A program made the translations under genes and the position numbers. The notes under the pieces were generated by a model. The model did not search any database and had not been told where the DNA came from. It was given only the letters and a program-made list of their open reading frames with translations. Shown one piece after another: positions 49,661 through 62,163 of a stretch of DNA of 64,000 nucleotides. Origin of the DNA: Kiritimatiellia bacterium (GTDB lineage Bacteria > Verrucomicrobiota > Kiritimatiellia > SLAD01); the NCBI GenBank assembly GCA_007134735.1, contig SLKG01000006.1:3817-67816 (forward strand). The letters run 5' to 3'. Each line of letters opens with the position of its first letter. Position 1 is the stretch's first letter.

Positions 49661-50424
49661 GACGGGCGATGAATAATGGCTCCCAGCGTGCGATCGTAAA
49701 CCGCCACCACCCATCGAAACGGCGAATACAAAAGCCGCAGCCGACAGACGGCAAGAAACATCTCCCACGAGGCGCGGGGTATGCGTAATTGTGACCCTTC
49801 AACATCATGCCACTCCGTTGGATATTCAACCAGGCGACACTGCGCCCGCCGAAGCTGGAAAAGCAGATCAACATCAAACGCCCACCGGGTCACACCCAGT
49901 CGTGGTAGAACGGCATGCATCGCTTCGCGGCGGACCAACTTGGCGCCGCATTGTGTGTCCGAAAGTTTCAATTTAAAGAGAAACCGGACCAGTTTATTGA
50001 AGATACGGGAAGCAATACGGCGTTTCAAGGGTTGCGGGGGTTCCACCACTGCCCCCTCAATCCAACGGGATGCGATGGCGACGTCCGCCTCTCCCATGCG
50101 GTCCACCAAATCCTGAAACGCCTTCGGCGGCGTAGCCCCATCGGCATCCACAAAGCCGATCAATTCCCCTTGCGCCGCCCGGGCGCCGAGCATGATCGCG
50201 CCGCCCTTTCCAATGGGCTTGGGCTCTACGAGAACACGCACCTGGGAAAACCGTTTTTCAAAATCACGCGCAAGGGCCTCCGTACGATCCATCGAGCCGT
50301 TGACCACCACGATCAATTCCACCGCATCGCCGTATCGCTCCGCAAAATGATCCGTATAGGCGCTGAGCATCCGACCGATCCTCGCCTCTTCGTTATAGGC
50401 CGGTATGACGATGGAGAGCTTCAT
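49657..50424 (-). CDS. Glycosyltransferase family 2, Dpm1/ArnC-like polyprenyl-phosphate sugar synthase (soluble/monotopic form)
   Basis: MKLSIVIPAYNEEARI..., VVVNGSMDRT and FVDADGATPP (DXD) motifs. Confidence 0.8.
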   Translation of the reverse strand: MKLSIVIPAYNEEARIGRMLSAYTDHFAERYGDAVELIVVVNGSMDRTEALARDFEKRFSQVRVLVEPKPIGKGGAIMLGARAAQGELIGFVDADGATPPKAFQDLVDRMGEADVAIASRWIEGAVVEPPQPLKRRIASRIFNKLVRFLFKLKLSDTQCGAKLVRREAMHAVLPRLGVTRWAFDVDLLFQLRRAQCRLVEYPTEWHDVEGSQLRIPRASWEMFLAVCRLRLLYSPFRWVVAVYDRTLGAIIHRPS

Positions 50425-50580
50425 GTCATGAAGACCGATGCGGGTTGCAGGATGCGGGACAAAAGCACATCTTGTTGGTGAAGTGTAATCCTGGAGCCAA
50501 GGTGGGACCGCTTTGTCCCGTCGCAGACTTTACGAAGGCGGACGGACACGCCGGAGCATGAGGAGCAGATGAGCCGGATC

Positions 50581-50656
50581 CTGCTTCCCGGCGGTCGCAG
50601 CGCGACCGCCCTACCCTGCCCGTGCTTGATTTGGGCCGGTAGGGCGGACCCGCCGG
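50581..50656. repeat. Copy of the REP-like palindromic element, upstream of the glycosylation operon
   Basis: ctgcttcccggcggtcgcagcgcgaccgccctaccctgcccgtgcttgatttgggccggtagggcggacccgccgg; stem ccgccctacc / ggtagggcgg. Confidence 0.6.
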
Positions 50657-50866
50657 AGCTCTCACGGCGTGTGTAGCCTCCGCGCACGACTTTCAAACAG
50701 GTCATCCCGGGCAGAGCGGAGCGCCGGCGAGTGATATCCAGTCCATCGAACAGCCGGAGAGGCCTCGACTCCGCCCGGCATGACAAACGCTTCACTTGTT
50801 GGTCAATATTGAGCGCACCCGAAAGTCGTCCTGTAACCCGGAACCTGAAACCGGCAACCTCCTTTC

Positions 50867-52477
50867 TCACTTCCTCAACTCCAAAAGTTTCAATGTCGTT
50901 CCCGCCTGTCCGAAATGTGGAATAGCGTGGACCTCCCGGTAGCGATCCCGGACAGCGGCCCATAGCGCGTCCTGTTCATCCGTCGATAGTTCTTTCACCT
51001 CGGGCGATGCAATGGCTAGACCGTATCCGCTGAAGGCGGCCACGGGGGCATCCGTCGTTTGAATCAATTCCATCATCATGTCCCGGTTCAGCACCCCCAA
51101 ACGTTCCGCCCGTTCACGCGGCCAATCCGGGAAATAGGAAAAAGGCCCCATTTCTAAACCGTACGGCACAGCGCGGCCGGCTTCGACGGCCAGATACAGA
51201 TCCTGCGTCAGAAGCCGGTCATCCGGCGCGGTCCGTTCGGCAATCCACGCGCCCGCGGCCCGCAATTGACCCAGATCCGACACGTCCTTGAGCCGCCACC
51301 AGATCCGGTCGCGCTCACGAACCGCCCAGTCCTGGTTGAGGGGCGAGGAGAATGCGGCGAACACGCTCGCCGCGAAAACAACGAGCACCGCCGTATGCAG
51401 GACCGGCGCCGTTAATGAACCGTCACCGTCCTGTTCATGCCGCGAACGAACCAGCCGGTTCACCAGTCCCGCCGCCAACGCGGCGCTCACTACCGGCATG
51501 ATCAGAACCTGGTAATCGTCATACGGAAACGGGGCCGCCAGATGAACAAAGGTTACCGCGCCCGCGGCCGACCAGAGCAGGACCGGGAACCGGTTCCCTC
51601 CATCTTCGACATCCTTCGCCGGAACCCGGCGACCGACCCACCACCACGTTACCAGAAAGAGCCCTACGCCGAACGCCACGAAGTAGGCCTGCACAAAGCG
51701 GGAAAGGAAACCGGCCTTGAACACGAGCGCCGCAAGTACGCTGTCCGTCCAGCGCAGGGTGTGATATTCGATCAACCAGAAACGGGTTGACTCCGCATCC
51801 AGCAGAATAAAAGGGGTGAACACCAGCATCAACGTGATGAGACTTCCGAGCGCAAAGGCCGCTGAAAGCCGGTAACGCGCGTGATACCCGTCCACGAGCA
51901 GATACAGGAACGCCAACGGAAGTAGTACGCCCGCGGACAGCCGCACCCCCGCCGCAAGCGCGAGCACGATACCCGCCCCGGCGGCCGCCCATACTCCGCG
52001 GCGGGTTCCCACGTGGGTCAGCACATACACGCCTGCGACGATAAGCAATCCGGACAGAGAATACGTCTTTACCACCGTCGTGAAGTAACTGTGATACACG
52101 TTGCAGGCGAGCAACACGAAGGCCACGAGGGCGGCCGCGCTTTTCCACGGCCGGGGCGTCAGACGCGCGGCCAACGCCGCGGCCAGCAAGGTCGCGGCCA
52201 TCCCCAGCACGGCCGTAAACACACGGCCGCCGCCCAGGCCCCATCGTTCCACGACCGGCCGGGCCGCCGCGTAGACGTACGGCATCACAGGCCCCTGCGA
52301 AAAGGCCGTGTCCCGATACAACGCGTGGCCCTCGGACACCCGGTGCGCCGCATAGAGATACCATCCCTCATCCTGGTTCAGCTCGCCCCAGAACAAATTG
52401 GCGGCATTCAACACCAGGCCGATGACCACGGCCGCAAGCCCGATTGAGATGAACCATGATCTTTTCAAAAACCACAC
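50867..52477 (-). CDS. GT-C fold membrane glycosyltransferase (ArnT / PMT-like)
   Basis: 536 aa; N-terminal TM followed by loop GELNQDEGWYLYAAHRVSEGHALYRD (a DE-containing first periplasmic loop as in PMT/ArnT); about 11 TM helices. Confidence 0.6.
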   Translation of the reverse strand: MWFLKRSWFISIGLAAVVIGLVLNAANLFWGELNQDEGWYLYAAHRVSEGHALYRDTAFSQGPVMPYVYAAARPVVERWGLGGGRVFTAVLGMAATLLAAALAARLTPRPWKSAAALVAFVLLACNVYHSYFTTVVKTYSLSGLLIVAGVYVLTHVGTRRGVWAAAGAGIVLALAAGVRLSAGVLLPLAFLYLLVDGYHARYRLSAAFALGSLITLMLVFTPFILLDAESTRFWLIEYHTLRWTDSVLAALVFKAGFLSRFVQAYFVAFGVGLFLVTWWWVGRRVPAKDVEDGGNRFPVLLWSAAGAVTFVHLAAPFPYDDYQVLIMPVVSAALAAGLVNRLVRSRHEQDGDGSLTAPVLHTAVLVVFAASVFAAFSSPLNQDWAVRERDRIWWRLKDVSDLGQLRAAGAWIAERTAPDDRLLTQDLYLAVEAGRAVPYGLEMGPFSYFPDWPRERAERLGVLNRDMMMELIQTTDAPVAAFSGYGLAIASPEVKELSTDEQDALWAAVRDRYREVHAIPHFGQAGTTLKLLELRK

Positions 52478-52514
52478 TCCATAAATTAAAATACGGCCCG
52501 TGTCCTTCCGCCCA

Positions 52515-52569
52515 TCTTTGTCCTAATCCTTGTCTTAATCTTTATCGACGAAAAGGATTAGGACAAAGA
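52515..52569 (-). terminator. AT-rich hairpin, candidate intrinsic terminator after the M20 peptidase gene
   Basis: Inverted repeat tctttgtcctaatcctt...aaggattaggacaaaga inside a local AT-rich island (52480-52580). On the minus strand it is followed by a T-rich tract (tattttaattta). Confidence 0.4.
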
Positions 52570-52581
52570 TTGCGACAAGGA

Positions 52582-53781
52582 TTACCGGTCGCCCTGCATA
52601 TTCTCCATCTCCTCCGCAAACCGTTCGAGATACCTAGCCAGTATATCATGACCCTTTAACAGTTCATCCATGACAATATATTCATCGTTCGTATGAGCCT
52701 GCTTGATGCTGCCGGGTCCAAATACGACCACACTCGAACAGATTCGGGAAATAGCGCCGGCATCGCTGTACCAAGCGGCCGACTCCATCCGGGGGGTCAC
52801 ATTGAATTCCCGGCATACACGGTCGAATCGGCCGATCAAGGCGGATTCGGGAGCGGTCCGGAAAGGAGGGCCTTCCTTGATGGTTTCCAGGTCATACGAC
52901 TGAATCACCCCTCGATCCGCCAACCGTTGCAGGACTTCCCGGATCTCTTTCCGGGTCTGTTCTCCGGATTCCCCGATCACAAGGCGGCGATCAACCTCAA
53001 TCGTACAGCGGTTCGGAACCACATTGACCGCCGTTCCGCCCTCGATGAAACCAATATTGAGCGTGGGCAAACCCATTTCTGTATTGGCGCATTGTTCCCG
53101 TTTCCGGGCAATCTGTTTCTGCAGTTGATCGATCACCTGCATCATGCCGAGGATGGCACTCCGGCCCCTGTCGGGATTGGACCCATGCGCCGAGATTCCA
53201 TGAACCGTTAATTGAAACCAGAAAATCCCCTTGTGCCCGTTGACCGCGGCCAGTTCCGTTGGCTCCAGGATGATGGCCTCATCCGCACTCCATCCTTGCT
53301 CCACCAGCCGTTCCGCTCCAATGTTGCCCTTTTCCTCCCCCATGGCTCCCACGAATAACAAGCGCACACCCGCCTCGGCCAGGCGTTCGAGAACGGGAGG
53401 CCGGAAAGCGCATAAGGCCGCGGCCATCGGACCCTTGGTATCGCAGGCCCCGCGGCCGTAGATCCGGCCTTCACGGACAAGCGGGTCAAACGGCTTGATC
53501 GTCATACCGTCCTCGCCGACCGTGTCGAGATGCGATTCAAGAAGCAAGGTGTGTTTCGGGGTGTCCGGACCGTAAGAAGCAATCAGGTTGGGCCGCCCGG
53601 GTTCAACCATATCCCAGGACAAGGCAAACCCGCGCGCTTCCAGCCATTCGGCAAGGTATTCCGCCAGGCGCATTTCTCCCGATACCGAGACATCGTCCGT
53701 ATGCCCCGGATTGACACTTGGAATGCTCACCAGGCGCTTCAACAAGGTTATGACTTCATGTTCCGGCATGGCTCTTGTCAT
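52582..53781 (-). CDS. M20-family metallopeptidase (acetylornithine deacetylase ArgE / succinyl-DAP desuccinylase DapE-like)
   Basis: LLKRLVSIPSVNP, HLDTV and GRGACDTKG motifs and a dimerisation-domain pattern. Confidence 0.75.
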   Translation of the reverse strand: MTRAMPEHEVITLLKRLVSIPSVNPGHTDDVSVSGEMRLAEYLAEWLEARGFALSWDMVEPGRPNLIASYGPDTPKHTLLLESHLDTVGEDGMTIKPFDPLVREGRIYGRGACDTKGPMAAALCAFRPPVLERLAEAGVRLLFVGAMGEEKGNIGAERLVEQGWSADEAIILEPTELAAVNGHKGIFWFQLTVHGISAHGSNPDRGRSAILGMMQVIDQLQKQIARKREQCANTEMGLPTLNIGFIEGGTAVNVVPNRCTIEVDRRLVIGESGEQTRKEIREVLQRLADRGVIQSYDLETIKEGPPFRTAPESALIGRFDRVCREFNVTPRMESAAWYSDAGAISRICSSVVVFGPGSIKQAHTNDEYIVMDELLKGHDILARYLERFAEEMENMQGDR

Positions 53782-53999
53782 CCCCCCGCATCATAGAAAA
53801 TACTTCCGCGCCATACAACCTATTCGAGACACATCTCTTACTCTTCCCATTCTCATCGGTGGACGATAACGGCGAGAACCCACGAAGATTACGAAAAAGA
53901 GGAGGACAAAGACTCCCTCGTCCACCCGTTCATTCTCTTTTCTGTCATCGCTTCATCCATACGCTTGAGATATGTCGCGCCAATCGCTACAGTAATTTC

Positions 54000-57246
<3,247 letters not shown>

Positions 57247-57251
57247 TCATC

Positions 57252-57908
57252 ATGGCTGAAACAGTTTCTCCCATCCACATTGAATCTTTGGTCGTCGGCC
57301 CCATCGAATCCAACTGTTATATCGTGCACAACGACCGGCGGGAGGCGTTGATCGTGGATCCCGGCGATGACGCAGACCGTATTCTGTCCGCCATCGAGCG
57401 GATCGGGGTGCAGGTTCATGCCTACCTCCTCACGCACGGTCACATCGATCATGTCAGCGCGCTGGCCGAGGTGCGGGAGCGGCACCCGGCCCCCATCGGA
57501 CTACACCCGGAGGACGCCCGCTGGGCCTTCCAACCGGTCAACCAGTTGCCCCCCTTTTATTCGGCCCCGCGGTCGCCGGGATCCATTGAGCGGGCGTGGG
57601 AGGACGGGGCCGAATGGACAGACGCGGAATTCCCTTACCGCATCATGGAGACGCCGGGCCATACACCGGGAGGAGTCAGCCTGTATTTCTTTGAACACGG
57701 CGTGCTGTTCTCCGGCGACACCCTGTTTCAAGGATCGGTCGGTCGAACGGATTTACCGGGAGGCGATCCCGCTGTTCTGTCCGGCTCCCTGCGTAAACTG
57801 GCGCAATTACCGAATGACACAAGGGTATATCCCGGACACGGCCCCATGACGACCATTGGGTTTGAAAAAGAGAACAATCCGTTTCTCCGTCCGGGCATGT
57901 TGAAATGA
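57252..57908 (+). CDS. MBL-fold metallo-hydrolase (glyoxalase II-like)
   Basis: THGHIDH zinc motif, downstream H and D ligands (ETPGHTPG; SGDTLF). Confidence 0.8.
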   Translation: MAETVSPIHIESLVVGPIESNCYIVHNDRREALIVDPGDDADRILSAIERIGVQVHAYLLTHGHIDHVSALAEVRERHPAPIGLHPEDARWAFQPVNQLPPFYSAPRSPGSIERAWEDGAEWTDAEFPYRIMETPGHTPGGVSLYFFEHGVLFSGDTLFQGSVGRTDLPGGDPAVLSGSLRKLAQLPNDTRVYPGHGPMTTIGFEKENNPFLRPGMLK

Positions 57909-57954
57909 ACAAGCGTGTTCGGCCCGCCATTCATCTCGATCAGGCCGGGCGGAC

Positions 57955-59142
57955 TCATCGGTCCTTGAGTCGGATGCCCCGGCGAATAAACGTGGGTATG
58001 TCGAGATCTTCCCCCTCGTAGTAGGTGGGTTCGACCCCCTTGAACCGACCGCGCCCGGGCTGATCAAAAACCAGGCTTTCCTGTTTCGGCTGTTTGCGGC
58101 CGCGTGGCTTGCCCGCGGATGTTTTTTCAGGTTCCGGGGCCGGCTCCTTTTCTTCGGATACGGGTTCCGGCCGTTTTTCGGCGGCCAGAACAACCACCGT
58201 CAGGTGGTTGCGTTCCCCTTTTTCCGCACCGGCGCCAACCATCAGACGCACGTTGCCCGATGTGGCTTCGGATATGGCCCCCACTACGTCATTCACTTCC
58301 GCCAGCGTAAGATCCGTCCCGCCCATGATTCCGACCATAATCCCCGTTGTTCGAGTCAGCTGTTTGCCCCCCTCCAGGACCGGATGTTTGAGCAGGGCCT
58401 GTACCGCGGACTTGGCCTTTTCCTTCCCCGTCGCCTCGCCAATAGCCAACACGCAATAATGGCTGTCGTGTTCCACCAACTTGCGCACATCGGACAAATC
58501 CAGATGAATGATCCCGGTCTGCCGGAACAGCATCCATAAGGCCTTCAGTCCGGCGGCCAATTCAGCATCCGCTCTTTTCAGGGCATGCGCCAGGCTCTTC
58601 CATGCGCCCATCTGTTCGACAAGGCGTTCATTGGGCATGCAGATAACGGCATCGGAACACGTGATCAGGCGGTCCAGTCCTCCTTGCGCGACCCGTTGCT
58701 TTTCCTCTCCCTCGAATGCAAACGGCATGGAGACCACACACAGGCACATCACGCCCTCTTCCCGGGCCACCTGGGCTATGACCGGGGCGGCGCCCGTACT
58801 CGTCCCACCCCCCAGCGTCGTCACGATAAAGGCCAGATCCACATTCGTAAACAGCTCGCGGACCAACGGGTAATCGGCCTGGGCCGCGCGTTTCCCCGTC
58901 ATGGGATCCCCCGCACATCCCATACCGTTGGTAATTCCGGCCCCTATCTGAATCTTCCTCGCTACCTTGCTGTCGTTCAGCATCTTGCCGTCGGTGTGCA
59001 CCGCGACCAGATCGGGCCCTTCGGTCCAGACGCCTCGCATATGGGAAACGGCATGAACACCGCCGCCGCCCACACCGATCACCATGGTGCGGCAGGGTTC
59101 GAGAATGTCGTGGTTCTCCGTAATTTTTTCCGGTTCCCGCAT
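57955..59142 (-). CDS. ftsZ: Cell division GTPase FtsZ
   Basis: Tubulin signature GGGTSTGAAPVIA, T7 loop; C-terminal conserved peptide DLDIPTFIRR. Confidence 0.92.
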   Translation of the reverse strand: MREPEKITENHDILEPCRTMVIGVGGGGVHAVSHMRGVWTEGPDLVAVHTDGKMLNDSKVARKIQIGAGITNGMGCAGDPMTGKRAAQADYPLVRELFTNVDLAFIVTTLGGGTSTGAAPVIAQVAREEGVMCLCVVSMPFAFEGEEKQRVAQGGLDRLITCSDAVICMPNERLVEQMGAWKSLAHALKRADAELAAGLKALWMLFRQTGIIHLDLSDVRKLVEHDSHYCVLAIGEATGKEKAKSAVQALLKHPVLEGGKQLTRTTGIMVGIMGGTDLTLAEVNDVVGAISEATSGNVRLMVGAGAEKGERNHLTVVVLAAEKRPEPVSEEKEPAPEPEKTSAGKPRGRKQPKQESLVFDQPGRGRFKGVEPTYYEGEDLDIPTFIRRGIRLKDR

Positions 59143-59151
59143 AATCCCCCG

Positions 59152-60354
59152 CTACCGTCTGAAAAACCGTTTCAACATATCGGCAATGGGCCCGAATGCG
59201 CCGCCCGCTTCCAAGGGTTTCGCCCCGTACCGCAACATCCCGGCCGGCGCGGCATACTCCGGACCCTCGGTGGCCAGCGCCAATCCCGTTACGTTCCGCG
59301 GCCGCCCAATCTGACACGGCATATCGAGAATATCGCTGGTCAATACCTCCATCTTGTTCAGTTGCGCACCGCCGCCCGTCAAGACCGCCCCCCCGCCAAT
59401 CTGGTGCTTCAGATTCAGCCCTTCGATCTCATCACGAATCATACCGACGATTTCACTCATGCGCGCATGGATGATCGTATGGATATCACCCACACGTACC
59501 GCCCGGCCGGCAAATCCGCCCGCGGAAGGCACCATCACGTGTTGATCCCGGGTGGCGACATCGACCAATGCGGAACCGTTTTCGATCTTAAGCTTTTCGG
59601 CGCGCGTAATAGGTACCTTGAGCCCAAGCGCCAGGTCGTTTGTCACATGATCGCCGCCCAACGCGATGCATCCCGCCGCCGCAATGGTCCGGTCGGCGTA
59701 CACCACGTAGTCCGTCGTCCCGCCGCCCAGATCGAGCAGGACCACGCCGCTTTCCTTTTGTTCGGCTGTCAGAACGGCCAATGCCGAACACAGGCCGCCG
59801 AACGCAATATGGGCCACTTCCGTCTGCGCACTGGATACCACCTTCATGGCGCTGTGCACCCGATTCCGGATGCCGTGTAGAATCAGCATGGACACGGACA
59901 GCCGGGCGCCGACCATGCCCTCCGGATTGATCACACCCGCTTGGTCATCCACAAAAAAATGCTGGGGTATGGTATGCAGAATGTCCCGGTCCGGGGGAAG
60001 GCTGATGGCCCGCGCGGTATCCTTGGCCTGCTCAATGTCCTCCGGGGTGATCTCCCCCCCCTCGCCCATAACAGGAATGGTTCCGCGATTCACCACGCTC
60101 TGAATGTGACCGCCGGACAGGAGCAGGTTCACCTGGTTGATGGTAACACGCCCCTTGTCTTCGGCCTCCTGCAGGGCGGCCCGCACACAAGCCAGCGCGT
60201 TGTCAAAATCGATGATCTCGCCCTTGCGTACGCCGCGTGAAGGACATTCCCCGACATCCGTGACCATGATGTATCCGTCTTCACGAATTTCTCCCACCAG
60301 GGCCCGGACTTTACTCGTTCCAATTTCCAACGAAACAACAGGCGGCAAGGCCAT
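59152..60354 (-). CDS. ftsA: Cell division protein FtsA
   Basis: Actin-fold ATPase (VVSLEIGTSKVRALVGE..., DLGGGTTD), C-terminal amphipathic helix. Confidence 0.9.
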   Translation of the reverse strand: MALPPVVSLEIGTSKVRALVGEIREDGYIMVTDVGECPSRGVRKGEIIDFDNALACVRAALQEAEDKGRVTINQVNLLLSGGHIQSVVNRGTIPVMGEGGEITPEDIEQAKDTARAISLPPDRDILHTIPQHFFVDDQAGVINPEGMVGARLSVSMLILHGIRNRVHSAMKVVSSAQTEVAHIAFGGLCSALAVLTAEQKESGVVLLDLGGGTTDYVVYADRTIAAAGCIALGGDHVTNDLALGLKVPITRAEKLKIENGSALVDVATRDQHVMVPSAGGFAGRAVRVGDIHTIIHARMSEIVGMIRDEIEGLNLKHQIGGGAVLTGGGAQLNKMEVLTSDILDMPCQIGRPRNVTGLALATEGPEYAAPAGMLRYGAKPLEAGGAFGPIADMLKRFFRR

Positions 60355-60372
60355 GAATAAAATTCCTCTACT

Positions 60373-61230
60373 TCAATAGAACACAACGGGCACGTTCTGG
60401 CTTCCCGTTAAATTGATTGTTTTGGCGACACGACCGCGATCCCGTGCGTCCTGAAGAATATCCGCCAACCGGGCCAACTGTTCCTCCATGTTCTCCCGCG
60501 AAAGACGGACCTCCTCCCCCTCCGCCAAAACCAGTTCCAGGTATTCCGGATGCGCAACATCAATCGAGCGAATCCGGATTTTCCGGCCGACCGCCCGTTG
60601 CTCGCACAAGTCCAGCACGCGCAACGCATCCCGCGCATGCGCATCATGTATAATGCGTCCCGGCCGCAATCCGGTCCCATGAAACCCGGTAATCAGCGGC
60701 ACGCGAGAAACCTGTGAACCCAGGCCGAATACATGTCCATCATGATCCACCGCCAGGAAATATTGTCCGTTCATGACGCCGATACGGGCCAGCGCCGTTC
60801 GCTCAGACACCCGGATATACAACGTATCCGGCAATACCCGGCGCACTTCCGCGTCCCGTACCAGGGGAACACTCTTGAGATCGCGCCGGATTTGTTTCAG
60901 GTCCACCGCGAACAGATTGCGCGCATCGCGCAATTTGGCGAATTCACGTATATGGGCATCGCTCAATATGCCGTCGGACGATAATTCATACCGGCGTATC
61001 CGATACAGATCGTTCTCCCGGAACAGCATGTCTCCGAATACCCGCGCCCCCATCAGGGCCAACCATACGGTGGCCGCGGCAATTGTCAGAAACAGTACGA
61101 GTCCGCCGACCCGATGACGGCGCTCCTTTTTTTGTTCCGCCAGACGGGCATTCACGCGATATACGCGCGGACGCCGGCTTGAGCGCCGGCGTCCAGCTCG
61201 TCTCCGGCCGGATTGATTGAAAGTCCACAT
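60373..61230 (-). CDS. ftsQ: Cell division protein FtsQ/DivIB (POTRA domain)
   Basis: Arg-rich cytoplasmic N-terminus, single TM (LVLFLTIAAATVWLAL), periplasmic POTRA/FtsQ domain; position between ddl and ftsA. Confidence 0.7.
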   Translation of the reverse strand: MWTFNQSGRRRAGRRRSSRRPRVYRVNARLAEQKKERRHRVGGLVLFLTIAAATVWLALMGARVFGDMLFRENDLYRIRRYELSSDGILSDAHIREFAKLRDARNLFAVDLKQIRRDLKSVPLVRDAEVRRVLPDTLYIRVSERTALARIGVMNGQYFLAVDHDGHVFGLGSQVSRVPLITGFHGTGLRPGRIIHDAHARDALRVLDLCEQRAVGRKIRIRSIDVAHPEYLELVLAEGEEVRLSRENMEEQLARLADILQDARDRGRVAKTINLTGSQNVPVVFY

Positions 61231-61242
61231 GGTGTCAGGATA

Positions 61243-62145
61243 CTATTTTCCCATCGCCAATCTCAAGACCATATCGCAAAGATCCGGAAAATCGATTCCC
61301 ACGGCACGCGCCGCTTTCGGCAACAAGCTTGTCTCGGTAAATCCCGGAATGGTATTGACTTCCAGAACGTATAGGGCCCCATCCTCGCGCAGACGGAAAT
61401 CAACGCGCGCCATACCCGAACAACCCAGCGCCTTGAACGCACGGAACGCGAGCTCCCGGCAACACTTGGCCGTGTGGTCCGAAACGGGCGCCGGCACCAG
61501 GTATTCCGTCAACCCCGAGGAATATTTCGCACGGTAATCATAATAACCCTCCGGAGCACGAATTTCCAAGACCGGCAACACACGATCGCCCACCACGCCT
61601 ATCGTCAACTCCGTTCCGGAAATATACGATTCAACCAGTACTTCATCCCCGTATTGAAGCACATCGGCAAAGGCCGGAAGCCAATTCTCCTCGTGAAATA
61701 CCCGGTGTACCCCGACACTGGAACCCTGTCGGACCGGTTTGGCCACGACCGGAAGAGAGAGCGTGCGCTTTTCGGATTGCTTGAGAATCTCATACGTCGG
61801 CGTCGGTATGCCCTCCGCCATGAAAATTCCCTTGCTGATAGACTTGTCAAACGCCTTCCGACTCGATTCCGGACCGGAACCGGTATAGGGAATGCCCCTT
61901 GCTTCCAGCTCCTTCTGCACTCCGCCGTCTTCACCAAACGCACCGTGCAGGGCGATGAAGACCGCATCGGTATCCGCCGGCAAAACCAGTTGCCGATCCG
62001 GCATATCGATCTCGACCACATCATATCCCTTTTTCCGCAGTCCGTCGGCAATGGCGGCGCCGGACCGGAGTGAGACTTCCCGCTCCGCCGAATCGCCGCC
62101 CTTCAACACCGCAACCTTATTAAAGCGCATACCCGCCTTTCGCAT
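61243..62145 (-). CDS. ddl: D-alanine--D-alanine ligase
   Basis: VAVLKGGDSAEREVSLRSG N-terminus and ATP-grasp motifs; the true start may be the internal MRFNKV (62130). Confidence 0.9.
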   Translation of the reverse strand: MRKAGMRFNKVAVLKGGDSAEREVSLRSGAAIADGLRKKGYDVVEIDMPDRQLVLPADTDAVFIALHGAFGEDGGVQKELEARGIPYTGSGPESSRKAFDKSISKGIFMAEGIPTPTYEILKQSEKRTLSLPVVAKPVRQGSSVGVHRVFHEENWLPAFADVLQYGDEVLVESYISGTELTIGVVGDRVLPVLEIRAPEGYYDYRAKYSSGLTEYLVPAPVSDHTAKCCRELAFRAFKALGCSGMARVDFRLREDGALYVLEVNTIPGFTETSLLPKAARAVGIDFPDLCDMVLRLAMGK

Positions 62146-62163
62146 AACGCGTACTTTCGGGAA

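Noticed and set aside
58585-59880. 431-aa plus-strand ORF
   Set aside because: Antisense to ftsZ/ftsA.
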